Below, one piece after another: positions 38,276 through 53,700 of a stretch of DNA of 64,000 bases. Within the stretch, counting starts at the first letter, position 1. Each line of letters opens with the position of its first letter. Origin of the DNA: Haplodiscus bocki. Its lineage: Eukaryota. Under the pieces are notes generated by a model. It searched no databases and was not told where the DNA came from. It saw only the letters and a list, made by a program, of their open reading frames with translations. The stretch is taken from NCBI GenBank assembly GCA_965655095.1, contig OZ296651.1:45012001-45076000 (forward strand). Direction: 5' to 3'. The translations under genes and the position numbers were made by a program.

Positions 38276-41200
38276 TATCGATACTCAAACTCACTTTCCA
38301 TCTTATCTAAAAGTTTGATTTTTTTCATCTGAGTTCCAACCTGACATTTTACACTTGGAGAAGGTGGTTTCCAGATTATCACTTAACTTCAAAAATGCGC
38401 TAAAGTCTTCGTGACTGCATTTACGGATGTGGGTCTTTGTTTTGTTTCTCATCCCGTTCCAACCAATGTTCCTCCGTAATCGGAAGAGTGGTTTCATCCA
38501 TGAAGATCGGAATCCCGAAATTTACACTTGCAAAATGAATTTAGTTGCAAAACGTTTGCCTCTCCAGATTCTTTTGTCAATCTCCTGACAGATTCGTCGT
38601 TCCAGGGAGGGCTGTTAAATTTGAAGCATCTCCTTTTTTAAACGACGTTTTTGCGTTGTATGCGGACTTACTTTTCTCCATCAATTTCATAATTGACGCT
38701 TCCATAATCGTAGAAAAATTTGAATTAGTGATTTCAGTCACTTCTTCCTCGCATGAAAATCTTGAGAAACCAAACAGACTAGGAGTTCAGACCTTTTTTG
38801 ATTTCTTTCGATACTCAAAGTAATGTGCCTTCGTAACCACAAGTCACATTTCTAATATCAAGGAATCATTTCCAAGAAACACAACTGTAGATTGAAGTTG
38901 ATCCCATGAAAACTTAAATCATGAGACTAGCAACAAAATTTTGTCAGACCGGCTGTTCAAGAATGTGCTTTTAGTTTCTTTTAATTCTCAAATCTCAATT
39001 TCCAAACTGTGTTTTCTCCCTAAATACAGGCATGATTTCTTCTACTGAGGTCTCAGAAAACATTTTTACGGAATCAGAAGAAGCTTCGAGTGAGAAATCA
39101 GTTACTTTGATCCTTTTATCGAAAGACTACCGATCCAACTGTTCCAAAAAGCACTCTTTTTACAGTGTCACTACGATATACAAATCATAAACCTCCATAA
39201 GTACAGGTTTGATTCCGTCGTTGGCGGTCTCAATCAGAAGTAATATTCTCGTGGATGCGAGTTTGATTGAAATGCTTTTTAACTTTTTGTCAAAATGCTG
39301 AGAGTGAAAAAAGTATAGAAGGTGCTTTTAAAATTGACTCGTCTCAGTTTTTGAACATACTTTTATCGTCAACAATGGGTGCCGCCATTCCGTCAAGATA
39401 TCATCAGAAAGCTTCTTTTTTGAGTCCAACATTGTGACGGTGAAAAAATGACTTTTAACTTTGCGATAAAATGCTGACTTTATGAAACTGCAAAATTTGT
39501 AAACAAGTTTGTATTACCAGGATCTTTATGATCAACCGTCGGTGTAACTACACACTTGTTTCCTTCATCAGGGACTAAATCACAAAATTGACAATTGTGT
39601 GGGAAGTTTCGATTCCAAACTCTTTCTTTTGATTTTTTCATCAGAACCTTGGGGAAATTTTTCCAGCCAGTCCTGTTCTTTTTGTTTCACGTCGATACCC
39701 GAACTCTTTTTCCTTCATGTTTATAAGTTTGACTCGATTCATCTGATTTCCAAACTAAAATTTTACACTTGAAGAAGGTAGTTTCCCTGATAATCTGATA
39801 ACTTCAACCAAGTCCCAAAGTTTTCGTAACCGGTAAGTCCAGAATTGAGCGATAAAGTTTGCATTTCATTGCGTTCAAACCAATGCCCCGCCGTAACCAG
39901 AAGATTGGTTTCCTCCATAAAAGCTTTGCTCTTGATTATTGAAGCTCCAAAGAGAAATTGGTCGGAAAAATTGCTTCTCCAGATCCATGCGTCAAACTCC
40001 TGATAGAGACGTTGTTCCAGGAACTGCAGTTATTTTTGAACCATCACGTCTCTCAAACCATGTTTTCGCGTTATCAGTGGGCTGGAATTTTCTCCATCAT
40101 TTTCACAATGAATTTTTTATATATTAACTAGAATTTCCACCTAGTGAATCCAATCGCTTCTTCCTCGCATCAAAATTGTGAGAGACCAAAAACTCTAGGA
40201 ACTGCCATCTTTATCGACTCTTTTCGCCACTCAAGCTAGTGTGCCTCCGTAAGTACAGGTCTGGTTTCTAATAGCAAGGAATCATTTCCAAGAAACAAAA
40301 CTGTAGATTGAAGTCGATCCCAAAAAAAATCTTGAGTCTAGCATCAAAATTTTGTCAGACTGACTTTTCAAGAATCTGCTTTTGATTTTGATTTATTTTC
40401 AAGTCTCAATTTACAAACTGTGTTCTATCCCTAACTACAGGAATGATGTCTTTCACTAAGGTCTCAAGAAATATTTTCAAGGTATCAAAGGGAGCCTCGA
40501 GTGAGAAATCAGTATTTTTGCTCCATTTATCGAAAGACTAGTAATCCGACTGTTCGATAAAGCATTTTTTTTAAAGTGTGACTACGATACACATATCATG
40601 ACCCTCCATAAGTACAAGTTTGATTTCCTCGTTGGCGTTCTCAATCAGATGTATTACTCTCGTGGATGCGAGTTTGATTGAAATGTTTTTTAACTTTTTG
40701 TCAAAATGCTGAGAGTGAAAAAACTTTAGAAGGTGCTATTAAACTTGACTCGTCTCATTTTTTGAACACACTTTTATCCTCAACAATGGGTGCCACCATT
40801 CCGTCCACATATCATCGCAAAGCTTCTATTTTGAGTCCAACAATGTGATGGTGAAAAAATGACTTTTTTGTTTGCGATAAAATGCTGACTTTATGAAACT
40901 GAAAAAATTGTAAACAAGTTTGTATTACCAGAACCTTTAAAATCAACCGTCACTGTAACTACACGTTTTTTTGCTTCATCAGGGACTCAATCAAAAAGCA
41001 ATAATTGTGAGGGAAAATTCGATTCGAATCTCTTTGTTTTGATTTTTTCATCAGATCCTTGGGGATATTTTTCCAGCCAGTCCTGTTCTTTTTGTTTCAC
41101 GTCGATACCCGAACTCTTTTTCCTTCATGTTTATAAGTTTGACTCGCTTCATCTGATTTCCAAACTCAAACTTTACACTTGAAGAAGGTAGTTTCCCTGA

Positions 41201-41700
41201 TAATCTTAAATCTTCAAAAAAGATCCAAAATTTTCGTAACCGGTAAGTCCAGAATTGAGTAAAAGGTTTCGTTTTTCATTGCGTTCAAACCAATGCTCCG
41301 CCGTAACCAGAAGATTGGTTTCCTCCATAAAAGCTTTGCTCTTGAATATTGAAGCTCCAAAGAGAAATTGGTCGGAAAAATTGCTTCTCCAGATCCATGC
41401 GTCAAACTCCTGATAGAGACGTTGTTCCAGGAACTGCAGTTATTTTTGAACCATCACGTCTCTCAAATCATGTTTTCGCGTTAACAGCGGGCTGGATTTT
41501 CTCCATCATTTTCATAATTGAATTTTCCATATAAGTACAATAAGTTCGAATTAGTGAATCCAATCACTTCTTCCTCCCATCAAAAATGTGAGAGACCCAA
41601 ACCTCTAGGAACTGCGATCTTTATTGATTCTTTTCGCTACTCAAGCTAGTGTGCCTCCGTAACTACCGGTCTGATTTCTAACATCATGCAATCAATTCCA
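38276..41700 (+). repeat. Family 2: 8-mer HOR (a-h, ~1,410-1,418 bp), ~2.4 units
   Basis: Type b heads at ~38472, 39890, 41300; ORFs 39939 and 41349 are near-identical and 1,410 bp apart; eight monomer heads per period. Confidence 0.9.
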
Positions 41701-44700
41701 AGCAACACAGCTCTAGATTTAAATTGATCCCAAAAATTTGAAACCATGAGGCTACCAGCAACATTATGTCAGACCGATTGTTCCAAAATGTGCTATTGGT
41801 TTTGATTCAAATCAAATCCCTTTTCCGAAACTGTTTCTTCTGCGTAAATGCAAGTTTGATCCTTTCCACTAAGAACTCCAGAAACAATTTTACGCAATCA
41901 AAGGAAACAGAGAGTCAGAAATCAGTTAATGTGATCCTTGTATCGAAATACTAGTAATCGGGCTGTTACAAAAAGTACTATCTTTAGAGATTCACGTCGA
42001 TACACAAATCAAACTCCTTCATACCTACAAATTTGATTCAGTCTGTGGTGGTCTCAATAGAAAGCGTTAATCTCAAGGACGAGAACTTGGTGGAATAGGT
42101 GTTTTTCATCTTGTTGTGAAAATGCTGACAGTGAAAAATTTCTAGAAGATTTTACTAAGTTGATTCGCTTAGGTTTTGGAACACAGTTTTATCTACAACA
42201 GCAGATGCCATTTTTTCCGTCAAGACATCATCGGAAAAAATCTACTTTGAGGACAACAATTCGATGGAAAGATTTATAGTTTTTCTCTTTGCGTCAAAAT
42301 GCAGACAATATGAAAATCCCAAAATTGTAACAAGTTTAAATTATCTGCTTCTACGAGCACAACCATCACTCTAACAAAAGTCTCGACTTCTGCTGTCAGG
42401 ATGTCAATCAAAAAAACAAAACTTGTAAGGGAGGTTTCGAATTAAATTTGGTTTTCTGATTCTTTCATCAAAATAATGAGGCCATGATAGCCCGACATTC
42501 CTATTTTCTTTGCTTCCTGTCGATACTCAAATTCTTTTTCCTTCTAATCTCAAATTTTTTTTTTCCTAAGCATCTAAGAGCACAACCATCAGTTTAACAA
42601 TAGGCTCCACTTCTGCCGTCAGGGTCGGAATAAAAAAAACAACACCTGTAAGAGAAGTTACGAATTAAAAATCTTCGTTCAGATTCATTCATCAAAGTTT
42701 TGAGGCCACGATTTCGCGACATTCCTGTTTTTTTTTGCTTCCTGTCGACACTCAAATTCTTTCTCTTTCATATCTAAAAGTCTTTTTTCTTTCATCCGAG
42801 TGCCAACCCAACATTTTATACTTGAAGAAAATTGTTCCTCTGATATTCGATTAACGTCACCTATGCCTCAAACCTTCGTTACCGAAAGTTCCAGAAGTGG
42901 GTCCTTAATTTGGTTTTCCTTGAGTACAAATTTAAGGTCCTCCATAATCAGAAGTTTGATTTGTTCCATCAATGTCTGAATCCTGAATATTACAATTGCT
43001 ATAAAAATTGGTTGCATAAAGAGTTGCTTATCCAGATCCTTGCCTCAAACTCCTGATACATTCGTTGTTCCAGGAAGTGCTGTTTTTTTTAAACGTCTTG
43101 AGTTTCCAAACATGTTTTCGCGTTATCTGCAAGTTTATTTTCCCCCATCAATTTAAAAAATGAAATTTCCACATTTTTGCAAGAAGTTTCAAGTTGTGGA
43201 ACCAACTTCTTCTGCCTGGCATTAAAATCTTGTGAGACCAAGAAATTCAGGAAGTGCGAACTTTTTTGCTTCTTTCACCACTGAAACTGTGGTGCCTCCG
43301 TAACTACAGTTATGACTTCTAATATCATCGAGTCAATTCCAAGTGACACACTTGTAGGTTCAATTTGATCCCACAAAAACTAAAATCGGGAGAATGGATT
43401 CAAAATTTCGTCAGACCGATTGTTCCATAATGTGCTTTTGGTAATGATTTATCTCAAATCTCTTGTTCCAAACTGTGTTTCCTCCCTAACTACAGGCATG
43501 ATTTCTTGCATTAAGCTCTCGCAAAACATTTTAACGGAATCAAAGAAACATAGAGTGGGAAATTAGTTTTTTGATCCCTGAATCAAAATAATAAAAATCG
43601 GATTGTTCCCAAAAGTTCTCTTTTTACAGATTCACAACGACACGCATTTCGTACTCCTTCCTAACTGCGGGGTAAATTTCGTCGCCGGCGGTCTCGATCA
43701 GAATTGTTACTCTCGAAGACGAGAGCTTGATTGAGTAATTGTTTTTTATCTCTTTGTCAAAATGCTGAGAGTGAAAAGGTTCTAGAAATTGCTACTAAAT
43801 TTGATTCGTTTTTGATTTGGAACACAATTTTATCGGTAGCAGCGGATGCTGTTTTTTCCGTCGAGATGTCATCGGAAAATATCTACTTTGAGGACAAAAA
43901 TTCCTTGGAAAGAAAGCTAGCTTTTTTATTTGCGCCAAAATGCTGAGGACATGAAAGTGCAAAAACTGCAACAAATTTGTACTGTCTGGATCTTCAAACT
44001 CAACCATCACTGTAACTACAAATTCGTTTTCTTCCGTCAAGGACTCGATCAAAAACTCAACATTTGTAGGGGAGGTTTTGATTTGAAACTGTTCGCTGTG
44101 TTTATTGGTTCGAAATATTGAGGCCCAAAGTTCCAGACAGTCCAATTTTTTTTTCATGTCGATGCTCGAACGCATTTTCCTTCATATCAATCAGTTTGAT
44201 TTCTTTCTTCTGAATTCCAACCTGCCGTTTTACACTTGAAGAAAGTAGTTTGCTAAAAGTCAATCAACTCCAAAAATGCCCTAATGTCTCCGTAACCAAA
44301 ATTCTGGATGTGGGTTTTTCTCTTATTTTTATTGCATTGGAACCAATGTTCCTCCGTAATCAGAAGATTGATATCTTCCATCAGGGCCTGACTCCTGAAA
44401 TTTACACTTGCAAAAAGAAACTGGTTGCAAAAAGATGCTTTACCAGATCATTGCGTCAAATTCTTGATACATCCGTTGTTCCAGGAACTGCTGTGGATTT
44501 TGACCAATCTCGATCTTCCAACTATGTTTTTTGTGTTATCCAATAGTTTAGTTTTTTCCATCACCTTCAAAAGGGCCTTTCTATATTTGTGGAAGAAGTT
44601 TCAACTACTGGATCTAATCGCTTCTTCCTTGCATCTTAATCTTGAGAAACCAAAAATTCTAGGAACTGCGATCTTTATTGATTCATTTCGCAACTTAATT

Positions 44701-47700
44701 TATTAGGCCACCCTAACTACTGGTCTGATTTCTAACATCAAGGAATCCAATCCAATTAACAAACCTGAAGAATGAATTTCATCCCAAAAAGTTTTATATC
44801 GTGAGGCTAATATCAAATTTTTGTCGGACCGATTGTTCCAAAAAATGCTATTGGTTTCGATTTAAAATCAATTCTCTACGTCCAAACCGTTATCTCTCCC
44901 TATTTGCAGGTAAGATTCCATCCACGAAGCTTTTGAGAATCATTTGCACGGAATCAAAGCAAACATAGGGTGAGACATCGGATAATTTGATCCTTGCATC
45001 GAAACACTAGTAATCAGACTGTTACAATTAGTACTATCTTTACAGATCCACGTCGATACACATATGAAACTCCTCCATACCTACAATTTTGATTCAATCT
45101 GTGGTGGTCTCAATAGAAAGCGTTAATCTCAAGGACGAGAACTTGGTGGAATAGGTGTTTTTCATCTTGTTGTCAAAATGATGACAGTGAAAAAATTCTA
45201 GAAGATTTTACTAAGTTTGATTCGCTTAGGTTTTGGAACACAGTTTTATCTGCAACAGCAGATGCCACTTTTTCCGTCAAGACATCATTGGAAAAAATCT
45301 ACTTTGAGGACAACAATTCGATGGAAAGATTTAAAGTTTTTCTCTTTGCGTCAAAATGCAGACAATATGAAAATCCAAAAGTTGTAACAAGTTTAAATTA
45401 TCTGCATCTAAAAGCACAACCATCACTTTAACAAAAGTCTGGACTTCTGCTGTCAGGATCTCAATCAAAAGAACAAAACTTGCAAGGGAGGTTTCGAATT
45501 AAATTTGTTTGTTCTGATTCTTTCATCAAAATAATGAGGCCATGATATCCCGACATTCCTGTGTTTTTTTGCTTCCTGTCGATACTAAATGTCTTTTTCT
45601 TTCATTTCTTAAAGTCACTTTTCTTTCATCCGAGTGCCAACCCATTATTTTACATTTGAAGAAAGTTGTTCCTCTGATATTTCATTAACGTCAGCTATGC
45701 CTCAAATCTTGGTAACCAAAAGTTTCAGAAGTGGTTTCTTAATTTGGTTTTCCTTGCGTTCAAATTAAAGGTCCTCCGTAATCAGAAGATTGAGTTGTTC
45801 CATCAATGTCTGAATCCTGAAAATTGCACTTGCTAAATAATTTGTTTGCAAAAAAAGTTGCTTATCCAGATCTTTGCCTCAAACTCCTGGCATATCCGTT
45901 GTTCCGGGAAGTGCTCTTTTTTTAAACATCTTGAGTTTCCAAACATGATTTTCGCGTTATATGCAGGTTTACTTTTCCCCATCAATCGCAAAAATGGAAT
46001 TTTGATTTTTGTGGAGGAAGTTTCAAGTAGTGGAACCAATCCCTTCTGCCTGGCATTGAAATCTTATGAGACCAAATATTCCAAGAAGTTCGAACTTTTT
46101 TACTTCTTTTACCACTGAACCTGAAATGCCTCCGTTACTACAACTCTAATTTTTAATATCAAGGAATCAATTCTCAGTAACACATCTGTGGATTGAAATT
46201 GATCCCAAAAGATCTAAAATCAGGAGACTAGCTTCCGAATTTTGTCAGACCGATTGTTCCAGAAGATGCTTTTGGTTTTGATTCATCTCAAATCTCTTGT
46301 TCCAAACTGTGTTCCCTCCCTAACTACAGGCATGATTTCTTCCATTAAGCTCTTGCAAAACACTTTAACGGAATCAAAGAAACATAGAGTGGGAAATGAG
46401 TTTTTTGATCCTTGAATCAAAATAATAAAAATCGGATTGTTCCCAAAAGTTCTCTTTTTACAGATTGAAAACGACACGCATTTCGTAATCCTCCCTAACT
46501 GCAGTGTCAAATTGTCGCCGGCGGTCTTGATCAGAATTGTTACTCTCGAAGACGAGAGCTTGATTGAGTAATTGTTTTTTACCTTGTTGTCAAAACGCTG
46601 AGAGTGAAAATGTTCTAGAAGGTGCTACTAACATTGATTCGTTTGAGTTTTGGAACACAGTTTTATCGGCAGCAGCTGATGCCATTTTTTCCGTCAAGAC
46701 GTCATCGGCTCGGAAGTTCAACCCATAAAATTTTAAATCGTGAGGCTAATATCAAATTTTTGTCGGACCGATTGTTCCAAAAAATGCTATTGGTTTCGAT
46801 TTAAAATCAATTCTCTACGTCCAAACCGTTTTCTCTCCCTATTTGCAGGTATGATTCCATCCACGAAGGTTTTGATAATCATTTTTACGGAATCAAAGCA
46901 AACACAGGGTGAGACATCGGTTAGTTTGATCCTTGCATCGAAACACTAGTAATCAGACTGTTACAATTAGTACTATCTTTACAGAATCACGTCGATACAC
47001 ATATCAAACTCCTCCCTAACTACAAAATTGATTCAGTCAGTGGTGCTCTCAATCAAAAGCGTTAATCTCAAGGAGGAGAACTTGATGGAATAGGTGTTTT
47101 ATATCTTGTTGTCAAAATGCTGAGAGTGACAAAATTCTAGAAGATAAAATTGATTCATTTAAGTTCTGGAACACAGTTTCATCGGTAACAGCAGATGCCA
47201 TTTTTTCCGTCAAGACATCGTCGGAAAAGCTCTACTTTGAGGCCAACAATTTGGTGGAAAGATTTATAGTTTTTCTCTTTGCGTCAAAATGCAGACAATA
47301 TGAAAATCCCAAAATTGTAACAAGTTTAAATTATCTGCTTCTACGAGCACAACCATCACTCTAACAAAAGTCTCGACTTCTGCTGTCAGGATGTCAATCA
47401 AAAAAACAAAACTTGTAAGGGAGGTTTCGAATTAAATTTGGTTTTCTGATTCTTTCATCAAAATAATGAGGCCATGATAGCCCGACATTCCTGTTTTTTT
47501 TGCTTCCTGTCGATACTAAAAGTCTTTTTCTTTCATATCTAAAAGTCACTTTTCTTTCATCCGAGTGCCAACCCAACATTTTATATTTGAAGAAAGTTGT
47601 TCCTCTGATATTTCATTAACGTCAGCTATGCCTCAAATCTTGATAACCGAAAGTTTCAGAAGTGGTTTCTTAATTTGGTTTTCCTTGCTTTCAAACTTAA

Positions 47701-50700
47701 GGTACTCAATAATCAGAAGATTGAGTTGTTCCATCAATGTCTGAATCCTGATTATTACACTTGCTAAATAAATTGTTTGCAAAAAATGTTGCTTATCCCG
47801 ATCCTTGCCTCAAACTCCTGATATATCCGTTGTTACGGGCAGTGCTGTTTTTTTAAACATCTTGAGTTTCCAAACATGACTTTCGCGTTATTTGCAGGTT
47901 TACTTTTCCGCGTCAATCGCAAAAATAGATTTTTGTTTTTTGTCGAAGATGTTTCAAGTAGTGGAACCAATCCCTTCTGCCTGGCATTGAAATCTTATGA
48001 GACCAAATATTCCAAGAAGTGCGAACTTTTTTACTTCTTTTACCACTCAACCTGAAGTGCCTCCGTAACTACAGCTCTAATTTTTAATATCAAGGAATCA
48101 ATTCTCAGTAACACATCTGTAGATTGAAATTGATCTCAAAAGAACTAAAATCAGGAGACTAGCTTCCGAATTTTGTCAGACCGATTGTTCTAGAAGATGC
48201 TCTTGGTTTTGATTCATCTCAAATCTCTTGTTCCAAACTGTGTTCCCTCCCTAACTACAGGCATGATTTCTTGCATTAAGCTCTCTCAAAACACCTTAAC
48301 GGAATCAAAGAAACATAGAGTGGGAAATGAGTTTTTTGATGCTTGAATCAATATAATAATAATGGGATTTTTCCCAAAAGTTCTCTTTTTACAGATTGAA
48401 AACGACACGCATTTCGTAATCCTCCCTAACTGCAGTGTCAAACTGTCGCCGGCGGTCTCAATCAGAAGTGTTACTCTTGAAGACGAAAGCTTGATTGAGT
48501 AATTGTTTTTTATCTTGTTGTCAAACGCTGAGAGTGAAAATGTTCTAGAAGGTGCTACTAACTTTGATTCGTTTGAGTTTTGGAACACAGTTTTATCGCC
48601 AGCAGCTGATGCCATTTTTTCCGTCAAGACGTCATCGGCTCGGAAGTTCATCCCATAAGGTTTTAAATCGTGAGGCTAATATCAACTTTTTGTCGGACCG
48701 ATTGTTCCAAAAAATGCTATTGGTTTCGATTTAAAATCAATTCTCTGCGTCCAAACCGTTTTCTCTCCCTGATTGCAGGTATGATTCCATCCACGAAGGT
48801 TTTGAGAATCAATTGTATGGATTCAAAGCAAACACAGGGTGAGACATCGGTTAGTTTGATCCTTGCATCGAAACACTAGTAATCAGACTGTTACAATTAG
48901 TACTATCTTTACAGAATCACGTCGATACACATATCAAACTCCTCCCTACCTACAAAATTGATTCAGTCAGTGGTGCTCTCAATCAAAAGCGTTAATCTCA
49001 AGGAGGAGAACTTGATGGAATAGGTGTTTTATATCTTGTTGTCAAAATGCTGAGAGTGACAAAATTCTAGAAGATAAAATTGATTCGTTTAAGTTCTGGA
49101 ACACAGTTTCATCGGTAACAGCAGATGCCATTTTTTCCGTCAAGACATCGTCGGAAAAGCTCTACTTTGAGGCCAACAATTTGGTGGAAAGAAAAATTGT
49201 TTTTTTTCTTTGCGCCAAAATGCAGACTGTATGAATGTCCCAAACATGTTACAAGTTTGTATTATCTGCAACTACGAGCACAACCATCAGTGCAACAACA
49301 GGCTCAATTCGGTGGAAAGAAAGTTACCTTTTTTCTTTGCGCCAAAATGCTGACAACATGAAAGTGCAAAAATTGAAAAGAGTTTGTACTGTCTGAATCT
49401 TCAAACTCAACCATCACTGTAACTACAAGCTCGTTTTGTTCCATCAGGGACTCAAACAAAATCTTGACAATTGTAGGGGAGGTTTCGATTTGAAAGTGTT
49501 CGCTGTGAATACTGGTTCAAAACTTTGAGGCCAAAAGTTCCAGACAGTCCTATTTTTTCTAATGTCGATGCTCGAACGCATTTTCCTTCATATAAATCAG
49601 TTTGACTTCTTTCATTTGAATTTCAGCCTACCGTTTTACACTTGGTGGAAGGTAGTTTGCTGAAAATCAATCAATTTCAAACTTGTCCTAAAGTTTCCGT
49701 AAACAAAATTGCAGATGTGGGTCTTTCTCTCGTTCTTTATTGCTTTGAATCCAATGTTCCTCCAGATTCGGTAGATTGACATCGTCCATCAAGGTCAGAC
49801 TCCTGAAAAACAGATGTGCAAAAAGAAACTGGTTTCAAAAATATGTTTTACCAGATCATTGCGTCAAACTCTTGATACATCCGTTGTTCCAGGAACTGCT
49901 GTTGATTTTGACCAAACTCGATCTTCAAACTATGTTTTTTGTGTTATCCGCCAGTTTAGTTTTCTTAATCACCTTCGAAAAAGTCCTTTCCATATTTGTG
50001 GAAAAGTTTCAACTACTGGATCCAATCGTTTCTTCCCTGCAACTTAATTTTGCGAAACCAAAAGCTATAAAAAATGCATCTTTATTGATTCCTTTGGCTA
50101 CTCAATTTAATGAGCCTCCTTAACTACATATCTGATTTCCAACATCAAGGAATCCAATCCAAGTAACAAACCTGAAGATTGAAGTTGATCCCAATAAATA
50201 TAAAATCATGAGGCTAGTATCAGAATTTTGTCGGACCGTTTGATTCTAAATATGCTATTGGTTTTGATTCAAATCAAATCTCTACTTCCAAACTATTTTT
50301 TCTCCCTATTTGCAAGTATGATTCCTTCCACGAAGGTTTCGAGAATCATTTTTACGGAATCAAAGGAAACATAGAGTGAGAAATCAGTTAAGTTGATCCT
50401 TGCATTGGAATACTAGTATTCCGACTGTTACAATAAGTACCATCTTTACAGATTCACGTCGATGCACATATTAAACTCCTCCATAACTACAAGTTAGATT
50501 CAGTCAGTGGCGGTCTCAATCAAAAACGTTTTTCTCAAGGACGAGAATTTGATGAAAAAGGTGTTTTTTTCTTGTTGCCAAATGCTGAGAGTGAAAATGT
50601 TCTAGAAGTTGCTACTAAAATTGATTCGTTTAAGTTTCAGAACATTGTTTCATCGGCAACATCAGATGCCATTTTTTCCGTCAAGACATCGTCGGAAAAG

Positions 50701-53700
50701 TTCTACTTTGAGGCCACCAATTCGATGGAAAGAAAGTTAGTTTTTTTCATTGCGTTAAAATGCAGACAATTTGAATGTCAACAAATTGTAACATGTTTGT
50801 ATTATCTTCATCTACGAGCACAACCATCACTGTTACAATAGGCTAGACTTCTGCCGTTAGGGTCTCAATAAAAAAAACACCTGTAAGGGAGGTTTCGAAC
50901 TAAAATTCCATGTTGTAATTCTTTCATCAAATTTTTCGGGCCACGATGTCTCGACATTCCTATTTCGTTTTGTTTCCCAAGGATACTCAATTTCTTTTAC
51001 CTTCTTATCTAAAAGTTTTTTTTCTGTCAACTGGGTGCCATCCCTACATTTTACATTGGAAGAAAGTTGTTCCTCTGATATTCAATTAACGTCACCTATG
51101 CCTCAAATCTTCGTAACCGAAAGTTCCAGAAATGGGTCCTTAATTTGGTATTCCTTGAGTTCAATTTTAAAGTACTCCGTAATTAGAAGTTTGAGTTGTT
51201 CCATCAATGTCTGAATCCTGAATATTACACTTGCTAAAACAATTGTTTGCAAAACTAGTTGCTTATCCAGATCCTTGCCTCAAAATCTTGATACATCCGT
51301 TGTTCCAGGAAGTGCTGTTTTTTTAAACATCTTGAGTTTCCAAACATGTTTTCGCGCTATATGCAGGTTTACTTTTCCCCATCAGTTGAAAAAATGGAAC
51401 TTTCATACTGGTGGAAAAAATTTCAAGTAGTGGAACCAATCCCTTCTGCTTGGCATCGAAATGTTGTGAGACCAAAAATTCCAGGAAGTGCGAACTTCAT
51501 TGCTTCTTTCGCCACTCAAACTGTAGTGTCTCCGTAACTACAGCTCTAGTTTCTAATATCAAGGAATCAATTTTAAGTAACACATCTATAGATTGAAATT
51601 GATCCCGAAAGAACTAAATCTATGAGATTGGCTTCGATATTTTGTCGGACTGATTGTTCCTGAAGATGCCCTTTGTTTTGATTCATCTCAAATCTCTTGT
51701 TCCAAACTATGTTTCCTCCCTAACTACAGGCAAGATTTCTTCCACTAAGCTCTCGCGAATTACTTTAACGGAATCAAAGAAACATAGAGTGAGAAATCAG
51801 TTTTTTTGATCCTCGAGTCCAAATAAAAGTAATCGGATTGTTCCCAAAAGTTCTTATTTTACAGATTCTCAACGACACCCATTTCGTACTCCTCCCTAAC
51901 TGCAGTGTAAATTTTGTCGCCGGCGGTCTCGATCAGAATTGTTACTCTCGAAGACGAGAGCTTGATTGAGTAATTGTTTTTATCTCGTTGTCAAATGCTG
52001 AGAGTGAAAAAGTTCTAGAAGTTGCTACTAAATTTAAATCGTTTTTTTTTGGAACAGAGTTTTATCGGCAGCAGCGGATGCCTTTTTTTCCGTCAAGACG
52101 TCATCGGAGAAAATCGACTTTGAGGCCAACAATTCGATGGAAAGAAAGTTACCTTTTTTCTTTGCGCCAAAATGCTGACAACATGAAAGTGCAAAAATTG
52201 AAAAGAGTTTGTACTGTCTGGATCTTCAAACTCAAACATCACTGTAACTACAAGCTCGTTTTGTTCCATCAGGGACTCAATCAAAAAGTTAACATTTGTA
52301 GGGGACGTTTCGATTTGAAAATGTTCGGTGTGAATATTGGCTCAAAAATTTGAAGCCAAAAGTTCCAGACATTCCTATTTTTTCTCATGTCGCTGCTGGA
52401 ACGCATTTTCCCTCATATCAATCAGTTTGATTTCTCTCATTTGAATTTCAACCTACCGTTTTACACTTGGAAAAGGTGATTTGCTGAAAATCAATCAACT
52501 TCAAACTTGCCCTAAATCTCCGTAACCAAAATTGCAGATGTGGGTCTTTCTCTCGTTCTTTATTGCTTCGATACCAATGTTCCTCTATATTCGGAAGATT
52601 GACTTCTTCCATCAAGGTCAGATTCCTGAAAAATAGACGTGCAAAAAGAAACTGGTTGCGAAAAAGTTGCTTTACCAGATCATAGCGTCAAACTCCTGAT
52701 ACATCCGTTGTTCCACGAACCGCTGTTGATTTTGACCAAACTCGATCTTCCAACTATGTTTTTTGTGTTATCGGCTAGTTTAATTTTTTCTATCACCTTC
52801 AAAAATGGCCTTTCCATACTTGCGGAAGAAGTTTCAAATACTGGATCCAATCGCTTTTTCCTTGCATCATGATCTTGAGAAACCAAAATTCTAGGAATTG
52901 CGATCTTTATTGATTCCTTTCGCTACTCAATTTAATGAGCCTCCATAACTACAGGTCTGATTTCCAACATCAAGAAGAATGCAATCCAAGTACCAAACCT
53001 GAAGATTGAAGTTGATCCCAATAAATCTAAAATCGTGAGGCTAGTATCAAAACGTTGTCGGGCCGATTGTTCCAAAATATGATAATGGTTTTGATTCAAC
53101 TCGAATCTCTACTTCCAAACCGTTTTCTCCCCCTACTTGCAGGTGTAATTCCCTCCACGAAGGTTTTGAGAAACATTTTTACGGAATCAAAGGAAACATA
53201 GAGTGAGAAATCAGTTAATTTGATCCTTGCATCGAAATACCAGTAATCAGACTTTTACAATTAGTACTATCTTTACAGATTCACGTCGATACACATATCA
53301 AACTCCTCCCTACCTACAAAATTGATTCAGTCTGTGGTGCTCTCAATCAAAAGCGTTAATCTCAAGGACGAGAACCTGATGGAATAGGTGTTTTATATCT
53401 TGTTGTCAAAATGCTGAGAGTGACAAAATTCTAGAAGATAAAATTGATTCGTTTAAGTTCTGGAACACAGTTTCATCGGTAACAGCAGATGCCATTTTTT
53501 TCGTCAAGACATCGTCGGAAAAGCTCTACTTTGAGGCCAACAATTTGGTGGAAAGAAAATTAGTTTCTTTTCTTTGCGCCAAAATGCAGACTGTATGAAT
53601 GTCCCAAACATGTTACAAGTTTGTATTATCTGCAACTACGAGCACAACCATCAGTGCAACAACAGGCTCAACTTCTGTTGTCAGGGTTTCAATCAAAAAA

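Noticed and set aside
39545-39580. Hammerhead ribozyme core on the minus strand (CTGATGA..GAAAC), as known in some animal satellites
   Set aside because: No stem II between the core segments, and most monomers read TTGATGG rather than CTGATGA.
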